Part shown: one piece after another, positions 20,062 through 27,242 of the stretch | How positions within the stretch are numbered: position 1 is the first letter of the stretch | Layout: every line of letters begins with the position of its first letter | Program-made: the position numbers and the translations under genes | Source of the DNA: Halomonas sp. M4R1S46 | GTDB lineage: Bacteria; Pseudomonadota; Gammaproteobacteria; Pseudomonadales; Halomonadaceae | DNA length: 32,000 nt | Direction of reading: 5' to 3' | Assembly: GCF_025725685.1 (NCBI RefSeq) | Contig: NZ_CP107008.1 | Coordinates: 684,235 to 716,234, forward strand | Notes under the pieces: generated by a model | What the model was told of the DNA's origin: nothing | The model's database searches: none | What the model saw: only the letters and a program-made list of their open reading frames with translations

Positions 20062-21106
20062 ACACGATGCGGGAATCAGCTGGCTCGATAGGCAGGCGGC
20101 CACGGCGACGCGGCTGCGGCCAGCTCCCAGCGATGGGCCACCCACGCCCCCAGCCACCGCCTACGAGGCGACCGCCGCCGAGCTCCAGCTGAACCCCATC
20201 AGCCTGGGTGACTTCCTGAGCCTGGACATTCCACCGCGAACCATGCTGCTGGCGCCCTGGCTGCCTACCAGCGGCCTGGCCATGGTCTATGCGCCTCGAG
20301 GCATCGGCAAGACCTGGTTTGCGATGTATGCGGGCTATGCCGTGGCCGCGGGGGGATCGTTCCTCGGCTGGGAGGCGCCAGCACCGGCGCCCGTGCTCTA
20401 CCTGGACGGCGAGATGCCGGCTATCGCGCTTCAGGAGCGGTTCGCGAGCATCATCCAGAGCACGGAGTACGAGGCGGCGCCCGAGGCCCTGCAGCTGCTG
20501 ACCCCTGACCTCCAGCCCAAGGGGATGCCGGATCTCTCGACCCTCGAGGGGCAGCTGGCGCTGGAGCCCTTCACCGATCCCGCCCGCCTGATCGTGGTGG
20601 ACAACATCTCCACTCTCTGCCGGACCGGCAAAGAGAACGAGGGGGAGAGCTGGTTGATGGTGCAGGAGTGGGCGCTGCGCATGCGGGCCCAGGGCAAGAC
20701 CGTGCTCTTCGTCCACCACGCCGGCAAGGGCGGCCAGCAGCGGGGCACCAGCCGCCGCGAGGACGTGCTGGATACCGTCATCGCGCTCCGCTATCCGAAG
20801 GGTGAGGACGAGGATGCCCAGGGCGCCAAGTTCGAGCTGCATTTCGAGAAGAACCGCGGCTTCTATGGCGAGGACGCCAAGGGGCGCGAGATCGAGCTGG
20901 TGAGCGCTCCCAGCGGGGCCACCACCTGGTCCTGGCTCCCGCTGCAGGAGAGCACCTATCAGCGAGTCGTCGACCTGCTCAATGAAGGGCTGAGCCCGAC
21001 CGAGGCGGCCCGGGAGCTGGACATCCACAAGAGCACCGCCACCCGGTACCGAAAGCGCGCCGACCGCGATGGCCTGCTGGCCAAGAAGTCAGGGGGTGAG
21101 TCATGA
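20054..21106 (+). CDS. RecA-like AAA_25/RepA-type replicative ATPase (putative helicase) with C-terminal HTH
   Basis: Walker A YAPRGIGKTW and Walker B-like LIVVDNIS are present, followed by VLFVHHAGKGGQQRGTSRRED. The C-terminus LNEGLSPTEAARELDIHKSTATRYRKRA is HTH-like. Confidence 0.75.
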   Translation: MSEHDAGISWLDRQAATATRLRPAPSDGPPTPPATAYEATAAELQLNPISLGDFLSLDIPPRTMLLAPWLPTSGLAMVYAPRGIGKTWFAMYAGYAVAAGGSFLGWEAPAPAPVLYLDGEMPAIALQERFASIIQSTEYEAAPEALQLLTPDLQPKGMPDLSTLEGQLALEPFTDPARLIVVDNISTLCRTGKENEGESWLMVQEWALRMRAQGKTVLFVHHAGKGGQQRGTSRREDVLDTVIALRYPKGEDEDAQGAKFELHFEKNRGFYGEDAKGREIELVSAPSGATTWSWLPLQESTYQRVVDLLNEGLSPTEAARELDIHKSTATRYRKRADRDGLLAKKSGGES

Positions 21107-21636
21107 GCGATCGCCCAGAGTTGCACGTTGCACCCCCTAGGGGATGCAACCCGCAACTTTCCCAAGAAGAGGGGGCAACTTTTCCCCCGTCCGATGCAAC
21201 CGGTCATGCAACCGGCAGCCTGAAAGCCTTGGCTGACAAGCGGTTGCGGGAGATAGAAAGCAACCGGGCGTGCAACTCGCCTGCAACCGAGGGGCCTGAA
21301 AGCGTGCAACTTTCGGCCGACTCGGCGACCCCTGAAGTTGCACCCGAGGCAGGACCCGAGACCGTGAGCCGGATGGACTGGTTGGAGTGGGTCACGGCCC
21401 GGGTACCGCTGGTGCGTGAGGATCGGGAATACGTTTGGTCCCGCCTGGCCACACTGCCGCCCCATGCCATGGAGCGGGCGGCCAAACGATACGTCCAGAC
21501 CTGGGCCGAGGCCGCTGCGGCCGAGCCGAAGCCCCACCGGAAGGAGAACGCCGGGCGACGTGCCGCGAACCACACCCTCCTGGCCTTGATCCAGCCGAAG
21601 TGCTGGCGCTGGAAGCAAGAGCACCGTAGGCCGTGA
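21103..21636 (+). CDS. Hypothetical protein; 5' half coincides with the iteron array
   Basis: Its ATG sits in an ATGA overlap with the helicase stop. The N-terminal 85 aa are low-complexity because they translate the TGCAAC repeats. The C-terminal part from ATG 21373 (MDWLEWVTARVPLVRED...) looks more protein-like. The true start is uncertain. Confidence 0.45.
   Translation: MSDRPELHVAPPRGCNPQLSQEEGATFPPSDATGHATGSLKALADKRLREIESNRACNSPATEGPESVQLSADSATPEVAPEAGPETVSRMDWLEWVTARVPLVREDREYVWSRLATLPPHAMERAAKRYVQTWAEAAAAEPKPHRKENAGRRAANHTLLALIQPKCWRWKQEHRRP
21120..21342. repeat. Iteron cluster, putative origin of replication
   Basis: Forward (T/A/C/G)GCAAC copies start at 21145, 21152, 21174, 21195, 21207, 21259, 21271, 21282 and 21305. 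Inverted GTTGCA copies start at 21120, 21127 and 21337, with a variant GTTGCG at 21243. CCTGAAAGC also occurs twice (about 21219 and 21294). Confidence 0.6.
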
Positions 21637-21721
21637 GCAACCAGGAGTCTGAACCATAATCCATACCCCTATCACGCCTGCCGTTGCCTACCGCTGACCC
21701 GATCGACCTGGCGGTGTGTGC

Positions 21722-22060
21722 ATGGACACACCGCGCATCAACGACTGGCTGGACTCCGAGCTCGTGCAGATCAGTCGCAAGGAGGCGGCCCTGCCAGCGG
21801 CCGTTTCCTTGCCTGAACTGGGCGATGGCAACGGCCTACCGTGGGATCTCGACGAGCTGCCCGACATCGATCTGATCACCCGGGACGGCGAGGTGTGGGC
21901 AAGGGGTACGCAAATTGCTCACGCCTTGGGCTACCACTGGCTGCCCCAGGGCCACCGACCATGTGAAGACGATGGGGCTGATCATCACGCGTCACGAACC
22001 CAACGGGATCGGCTGACACCCGCCCCACTGACCACCCCGAGCCACACCATGAGGAATTGA
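21722..22060 (+). CDS. Hypothetical protein, possibly a degraded Bro-N/antirepressor-like remnant
   Basis: DLITRDGEVWARGTQIAHALGY resembles the Bro-N/KilAC-type motif (xxGEPWFVAKDVAxALGY), but similarity is lost immediately afterwards. The SD is weak. Confidence 0.3.
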   Translation: MDTPRINDWLDSELVQISRKEAALPAAVSLPELGDGNGLPWDLDELPDIDLITRDGEVWARGTQIAHALGYHWLPQGHRPCEDDGADHHASRTQRDRLTPAPLTTPSHTMRN

Positions 22061-22202
22061 CTCGACACCTTGGGCCCGCTGGTCCCGGCGCTGAACAACA
22101 CTCGGCTTCGCTCACTCACGCTCTCGGCGGGGAGCCTTATCATTCCTGCGCCCTGTGGATAACTATGGCGAAGTTCACAATATTTTGTGCCATTTGTGGA
22201 AG

Positions 22203-22214
22203 ATATGCGCATAT
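22203..22214. promoter_or_regulatory. Perfect 12-bp palindrome ATATGCGCATAT (candidate operator)
   Basis: Read directly from the sequence. It lies in the AT-rich gap just upstream of TATAAA (22219-22224). A second inverted repeat, CACAA-TATT-TTGTG, sits at 22176-22189. Confidence 0.35.
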
Positions 22215-22233
22215 GTGCTATAAACAAGGGAGG

Positions 22234-22249
22234 CTGTATATATGGACAG
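22234..22249. promoter_or_regulatory. LexA (SOS) box-like site CTGTATATATGGACAG
   Basis: It fits the gammaproteobacterial CTGT-N8-ACAG consensus with an AT-rich centre, matching 14 of 16 positions of CTGTATATATATACAG. It lies just downstream of the -10-like TATAAA and ahead of the tape-measure/terS operon. Confidence 0.6.
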
Positions 22250-22256
22250 GTAACGT

Positions 22257-22427
22257 ATGGGGCATCCGCTAAACCTTCCACCTCGTGGCAAGCAGATGAA
22301 GCCAACCCGCCACCGACGGCGTGAGCTGTACGACATGCTCGAACGGATGGCCAACGAAGGTGATCCCCACGCCGTTGGCTGGCTCCTGTTCCTCAGTGAG
22401 CCGGTACCGAGATCTGCAGCGAAGTAA
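22257..22427 (+). CDS. Small hypothetical protein (56 aa), not in the ORF track
   Basis: Hand translation gives MGHPLNLPPRGKQMKPTRHRRRELYDMLERMANEGDPHAVGWLLFLSEPVPRSAAK*. It is preceded by a strong SD AAGGGAGG (22226-22233) and a 3-codon mini-ORF ATG GAC AGG TAA (22242-22253). Confidence 0.35.
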   Translation: MGHPLNLPPRGKQMKPTRHRRRELYDMLERMANEGDPHAVGWLLFLSEPVPRSAAK

Positions 22428-22494
22428 TACTGGAACACGCTATCCATCGCTTTCATCGCATCCGGTGCTGGCGCGAACTGAAACAGGAGGGTCA

Positions 22495-25308
22495 ATGGCC
22501 GATCTCGAGAAAACCGTCGCAATCATCTTCGAGGGCGTGGACCGGATGGGGGACGGGGTGAACTCCGCCACCCGCAAGATCGATGGCCTCGCCGGCAGTG
22601 TTCAGAGCGCTACCCAGCCGCTGGCGGATGCCACGATCGGCCTCGCCAAGTTCGAGGGCGCCCTGATCGCCGGTGGCGCCGCCGCCACAGCCTTCGCCGT
22701 GAAGTTGGCCGGTGACTTCGACACGCAGTTCCGCGAGATCGCCACGCTGATTGGCCAGCCAAGCGAGGCGCTGGGCGACTTTCGCGAGGAACTGCTGGCC
22801 TATGGGCGCGAGTCCAGCCAATCACTCGACCAGGTCAACTCGGCGGTCTACAGCGCCATCTCGGCGGGCATCGATTACACCGACTCCCTCGAGGCGGTGC
22901 GACAGGCCGAGCAGCTGGCCATTGCCGGTAAGGCCAACCTCGGGGAATCCCTGACGGTGCTGGTGTCCTCGCTCAACGCCTATGGCGTGGGCATGGAGGA
23001 GGCCGAGCGCTTCTCCGACCTGCTGTTCCAGACTGTGCGCAGCGGCCAGACTACGCTCCCCGAGCTGGGGAGCTCGCTGGCCAATGTGACAGGCCTGGCG
23101 GCCACCGCCGGCGTCAGCTTCGATGAGCTGCTCTCGGCCGTGGCCACGCTCACCGCCACCGGCTCCAGCACCAGCGAGGCCATCACGCAGGTTCGCGGGG
23201 CCATCTCCAACATCCTCAAGCCGACCAGCCAGGCAAAGGATCTGGCGGCGGATCTCGGCCTCGAGTTCAATGCCACTGCCCTGGAGTCGAAGGGCTTCGC
23301 CGGCTTCATGGAAGACGTAGGCGAGGCCACCGGGGGCAGCACGGAGAAGATGTCACTGCTGTTCGGTGACGTGAACGCCTTGAACGGGGCCCTGACGCTG
23401 ACCGGCTTGGGGGCCGAGAAGTTTGCGGAGACCATCCTCGATATGGCGGGCAGTGCTGGCGCTACGGCCGATGCCTACGGGGAGATGACCGAAGCCATCG
23501 ACAACGGCAGCCAGCGGATCCAGAACGCTATCAAGGCCGCCTTCGTCGGGTTCGGGACGCCGCTGCTGGACGAGTTCGGCAGCGTTCAGGACGCCATCGC
23601 CGCCATCTTCAATGCCATCGGCGCCTCGATCGAGTCGGGCCAGCTGTCCGGCTTCGTGGATCTCCTCGAGAAGGAGTTCCAGGGTCTCGAAAAAACCTTC
23701 CAGGAGGTGGCGCAGAATCTCCCGGATGCTCTCGAGCAGGCCGACTTCTCCAGCTTCTTCGATGGCATCGAGGCCCTACAAGATGCGGTCAGCAACCTCT
23801 TCGATGGCGCCGACCTGAGCAGTACCGACGGACTGGTCTCGGTGATCGAGACGCTGGGCCTGGGGTTCGAGGCGCTTTCCCAGTACGTGGCTGGCGCTAT
23901 CGAGGGCATTGGCCCCTTCCTCCGCCAGCTGGCCGACCTGACGCAGTTTTTCCTGGAGCTGGACCCGGCGGTGTTCGCGGCGGCCGGTACCATCGGCGGG
24001 TTATCGATCGCTATCAACACCCTGGCGACCGCGGCGTTGACCACGACCGGCGCCGTTCGCGGGCTCGCCGGGTCGGGGGGCGTGATCGCCAAGGGCACGC
24101 CAATCCTCAAGGGCATGGTCAGCGTTCTCACCGGCCCCCTCGGCCTGGCGGCGGCCGCCGCCGCGGTGGGCACCGCTGTTTACAAGGCCGGCGAGCAGTT
24201 CGTCGACCTCAATCGCGACCTGAAGGAAAGCCGCCGCGCCCACTCCGATCTGGCGGAGGCGGTCCGCGAGGGCAGGCAGGTATGGGACTACGCCATCGGC
24301 GACTACGTGGCCGCTGGTGAAGCCCAGGTGACCCTGCAGGACCGGGTCAACGCCAGCCAGGAATCCCTGGCCGACTGGGTGCGCAGCCTGGGGGAGACCT
24401 CGACGGAGACCGAGCGGAATGAGCGGGCTCTACGATCAGCTGCCGCCCAGTACACCAACTGGGATCGTGTAGTCGAGGAAGCCTCGAAGAGCAGCGAGTC
24501 GTTCAACCTGGCGCAGGAAAAAAACGCCGATATTCTTCGCGATGTGCTCGAGGCCATCGGCCCCCTCGAGGATGGCTGGAAACGGGTGGCTGATGGTGTC
24601 TACGAGAACGTCATCAACACCGCAGAGCTTGAAAATGCCTACCAGAAGGTAGCAGACGCCTTCGATGAGGGGCTGATCTCCGAAGAGCAGTTCAAGAACC
24701 TGACGGACTACTACGAGACCCTCAAATCCGGGGCTGACGCCGGTGTAGAAGGCAACAAGGACCTCGCCGATGCTGCGCTGAAAACCGAAAAGGCGATCCT
24801 CGAGGAGCGCAAGGCGGTCCTGGCGACCGAACAGGCGCTCGAGGAGATGGCCAGCAACGAGAACATCAAGGCCATGGAGTTCACCGCCGAGATCAAGGTG
24901 GCCGAGGCCGAGGCCGAGGCGCGCAAGGTCGAGGCAGTATTCAACAGCATAGGGACCGCCGTCGAGTCGACGGGGGAAACCCTGTCGTCGATGTTCGGCA
25001 CCTTGGGTCAGTTCGACTCACGCACCTCCAGCGGTTTCCGGGAGCTGGAGGACATCGTCCAGGACGAAGCGAAGCGCCGCGACAAGCTGATCAACTCGCA
25101 AACCAAGCACCTGGATGCCATGACCGACAACCTGAAGGCCAGGACGGAGGCCCTCCGGAATGGCGACGGGCTGGTCAAGATCGACTCCACCGGCCTGGAG
25201 CCGGCGCTGGAGATGATCCTCTGGGAGATCCTCGAGAAGATCCAGCTACGCGCCAACGCCGAGGGCCAGGAGTTCCTGCTCGGCCTCAACTCAGGATCGA
25301 GCGTATGA
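22495..25308 (+). CDS. Phage tail tape-measure-like protein (TP901-family core type)
   Basis: 937 aa from ATG 22495 (SD AGGAGGG).
- N-terminal third: blocks typical of the tape-measure core (FREIATLIG, AVYSAISAGIDY, LAIAGKANLGESL, LFQTVRSGQTTLPELGSSLANVTGLAATAGVSFDELLSAVATLTATG, GAISNILKPTSQAKDLAADLGLEF, LFGDVNALNGALTLTG).
- Centre: Gly/Ala-rich hydrophobic segments (VFAAAGTIGGLSIAINTLATAALTTTGAV..., LTGPLGLAAAAAAVGTAVY).
- C-terminal third: coiled-coil-like. Confidence 0.85.
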   Translation: MADLEKTVAIIFEGVDRMGDGVNSATRKIDGLAGSVQSATQPLADATIGLAKFEGALIAGGAAATAFAVKLAGDFDTQFREIATLIGQPSEALGDFREELLAYGRESSQSLDQVNSAVYSAISAGIDYTDSLEAVRQAEQLAIAGKANLGESLTVLVSSLNAYGVGMEEAERFSDLLFQTVRSGQTTLPELGSSLANVTGLAATAGVSFDELLSAVATLTATGSSTSEAITQVRGAISNILKPTSQAKDLAADLGLEFNATALESKGFAGFMEDVGEATGGSTEKMSLLFGDVNALNGALTLTGLGAEKFAETILDMAGSAGATADAYGEMTEAIDNGSQRIQNAIKAAFVGFGTPLLDEFGSVQDAIAAIFNAIGASIESGQLSGFVDLLEKEFQGLEKTFQEVAQNLPDALEQADFSSFFDGIEALQDAVSNLFDGADLSSTDGLVSVIETLGLGFEALSQYVAGAIEGIGPFLRQLADLTQFFLELDPAVFAAAGTIGGLSIAINTLATAALTTTGAVRGLAGSGGVIAKGTPILKGMVSVLTGPLGLAAAAAAVGTAVYKAGEQFVDLNRDLKESRRAHSDLAEAVREGRQVWDYAIGDYVAAGEAQVTLQDRVNASQESLADWVRSLGETSTETERNERALRSAAAQYTNWDRVVEEASKSSESFNLAQEKNADILRDVLEAIGPLEDGWKRVADGVYENVINTAELENAYQKVADAFDEGLISEEQFKNLTDYYETLKSGADAGVEGNKDLADAALKTEKAILEERKAVLATEQALEEMASNENIKAMEFTAEIKVAEAEAEARKVEAVFNSIGTAVESTGETLSSMFGTLGQFDSRTSSGFRELEDIVQDEAKRRDKLINSQTKHLDAMTDNLKARTEALRNGDGLVKIDSTGLEPALEMILWEILEKIQLRANAEGQEFLLGLNSGSSV

Positions 25309-25781
25309 GCAAGAAAACGCCCCTCCAGGGGGGGCTGGGTGACTCTGGCGCTGAAGACAAGCCGGCCGGGTATTGGCAGCTGGTGACGAAGCTGGCCGTC
25401 GCGAACCTGGCCGAGAAGAAGCATCGCCGCCAGCGGCTGGCGCACCTGGAAGCCCTGCGCGCCCTGGTGAAGGACCCGAGGGGAGTGGACTGCCCTGAAA
25501 TCGAGGCCGCTGGGCGGGCGCTGGCTGAGGCGCCGGAGGTGGCGATTCTGGAGCCATTCAATGCCTTTTCTGCTGCGGTGGCGGCTCGGGCCCGCGAAAC
25601 AACAGACCTGGGGGAGGGGCAGGCACTGAGTCACCTGTCCACGCGCGTGATGGAGGAGATGACCGCCTTGAGTGAGGCCATTGATGCGCAGCTGGCGGCC
25701 AGCAATGAAGCGGCCCTTATTCGGGCTCAGGCGCTTCGCTTGATGGAAGAGCAGAAGAAGGGGCCGGGGGTGCTTCATTGA
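25305..25781 (+). CDS. Hypothetical protein, paralog A
   Basis: 158 aa, with an ATGA overlap with the tape-measure stop. It shares GV(D/S)CP...AAG.AL, PF.AF and GEG...L..R.M..M..L blocks with the next gene. Confidence 0.6.
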   Translation: MSKKTPLQGGLGDSGAEDKPAGYWQLVTKLAVANLAEKKHRRQRLAHLEALRALVKDPRGVDCPEIEAAGRALAEAPEVAILEPFNAFSAAVAARARETTDLGEGQALSHLSTRVMEEMTALSEAIDAQLAASNEAALIRAQALRLMEEQKKGPGVLH

Positions 25782-25914
25782 GCGCGGCTGCGAGCATCTC
25801 GCTACTAGCCGGGGGCATGGTACATGTGCCACCCGCCGCTCTGCTGGCGCCTGAACGCCCCGGCCTCCTGGGCCAGCCGCGCCCTCGAACGAAAGCAAGG
25901 GGGAGGGGGTATTG

Positions 25915-26349
25915 ATGCCGACCAGCATGATCATCGAACTGGGCGAACGCGAGGCCGCCGCCCGCGCCCGCCGCGACTATCACCACCAGCGCTTCGACCG
26001 GGTGCTGGACAACCTCAAGGCGCTGGGCGCCCGATCCCCGGGCGTGTCCTGTCCGAAAGTCCAGGCCGCCGGCCTGGCGCTGTCGAAGGCCTCCCGTGGC
26101 GAGGTGCAAAAACCCTTCATGGCCTTCGCTGACGCGCTGCTCGAGTACGCCCGCACCGAACCTGAAAAAGACCAGGGGGAGGGGGTGACGCGTCTGGCCA
26201 GCCGGGCCATGGGCCATATGCGCGAACTGGCACACCACGTTGACCATGAGGTCACGGCGCAGCGAGAGCTCCAGTTATTCGCGCACTTGCATGAGCAGGC
26301 GCGCCAGCAGCTGGGTGAGGCGTCCCAGCCGCGAGGGGCGGGGGCATGA
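25915..26349 (+). CDS. Hypothetical protein, paralog B
   Basis: 144 aa from ATG 25915 ([15 protein letters not shown]). Paralogous to 25305-25781: GVSCPKVQAAGLALSKA vs GVDCPEIEAAGRALAEA; PFMAFADAL vs PFNAFSAAV. Confidence 0.6.
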   Translation: MPTSMIIELGEREAAARARRDYHHQRFDRVLDNLKALGARSPGVSCPKVQAAGLALSKASRGEVQKPFMAFADALLEYARTEPEKDQGEGVTRLASRAMGHMRELAHHVDHEVTAQRELQLFAHLHEQARQQLGEASQPRGAGA

Positions 26350-26471
26350 GCGCCACCGCGCCCCAATCCCTGACGGCGGCGGCTGGTGCGTGTCAGCGGC
26401 AGAGCGCCGAGCTGGCGCTGGGCGCTCCGGCAGCGTCCTCGCGCGCTCGCCAGGCTTCAGCCGGCAGAAAA

Positions 26472-26494
26472 TCGCGGGTCCTTCTGGCGGCCCC
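26472..26494 (+). repeat. 23-bp repeat copy 1 (TCGCGGGTCCTTCTGGCGGCCCC)
   Basis: It matches 29825-29847 at 22 of 23 positions in direct orientation. It lies in the apparently non-coding stretch upstream of terS. Confidence 0.6.
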
Positions 26495-26687
26495 TACCCC
26501 GTCCACGGGGACGCAGAGTCCCGGAGTTCGACAAAATTTCGGTGCCCCTGGGTGCTCCACCGCAGGTGGCAGCAAGCCCAGGCATGGCGCGGGATCTGAG
26601 CTGTACGAGCTGAGCATGGCGGCACGAGGATCGGCCGCCTCGATGTACAGGTGAAGGAGGAGCGCCGCTGGCGCTGACAGGCAGACG

Positions 26688-27197
26688 ATGGGCGAGGTGA
26701 TCGGACGCGAACAGGCCTACCACTGGTCGATCAGCCGCATCGCCGAAGCGATCGGTCGCGACCGGCGCACGGTGGCGACGCTGATCAAGGATGCCGGGAT
26801 CCCGCCGGCCGGTACCCGTCGCGGGAATCCCGTGTACCGGCTGGGTGATGTGGTCGACGCGATAAGCACCGACCGCCGCCCCGCCGCCAGTGGTATCGAC
26901 ATAAACGACCTGATGCCGCAGGACCGCAAGGCCTGGTACCAGTCGGAGAACGAGCGGGTGAAGCTGGAGCGCGAGCTGCGCCACCTGGTGCCGGTGGACG
27001 ATGTCCAGCGAGAGATGGCCGCCCTGGCCAAGGCCATGGCCTCCAGCCTCGACAGCCTGGCCGACATGCTCGAGCGGGATGCCGGGCTGCCGCCGGAGGC
27101 GATTGAGATGGTCGAGCGTGTGACCGACGCCATTCGCGAGCAGATGTACCGCGCGATCATCGAAAACGACGACGAAGACGCCGCCGCGGAAGCGTGA
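26688..27197 (+). CDS. terS: Nu1-like small terminase subunit (winged-HTH DNA-packaging protein)
   Basis: SISRIAEAIGRDRRTVATLIKDAGIPPAGTRRGNPVYRLGDVVDAI parallels lambda Nu1 (KKQLADIFGASIRTIQNWQEQGMPVLRGGGKGNEVLYDSAAVIKWY). It is followed by a coiled region ENERVKLERELRHLVPVDDVQREM, typical of this TerS family. The C-tail is acidic. Confidence 0.68.
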   Translation: MGEVIGREQAYHWSISRIAEAIGRDRRTVATLIKDAGIPPAGTRRGNPVYRLGDVVDAISTDRRPAASGIDINDLMPQDRKAWYQSENERVKLERELRHLVPVDDVQREMAALAKAMASSLDSLADMLERDAGLPPEAIEMVERVTDAIREQMYRAIIENDDEDAAAEA

Positions 27198-27242
27198 CGG
27201 CCACCGCCGGCGCCGCCGGCCAACGAGAAGGAGAGCAGCACC

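Noticed and set aside
22321-22494. Upstream extension of the tape-measure ORF (track start 22321), and ORFs 22057-22272 (+) and 22175-22522 (-)
   Set aside because: The extension lacks an SD and overlaps the better-supported 56-aa ORF in another frame, while ATG 22495 has AGGAGGG. The other two ORFs lie across the AT-rich regulatory region and give implausible Cys/Trp/Ile-rich products.
26346-26654. 102-aa ORF ATGA-coupled to paralog B
   Set aside because: The translation (SATAPQSLTAAAGACQRQSAELALGAPAASSRARQASAGRKSR...) is low-complexity and the other two forward frames are no better. I treat the region as non-coding (possible cos/pac or RNA), but this remains uncertain.
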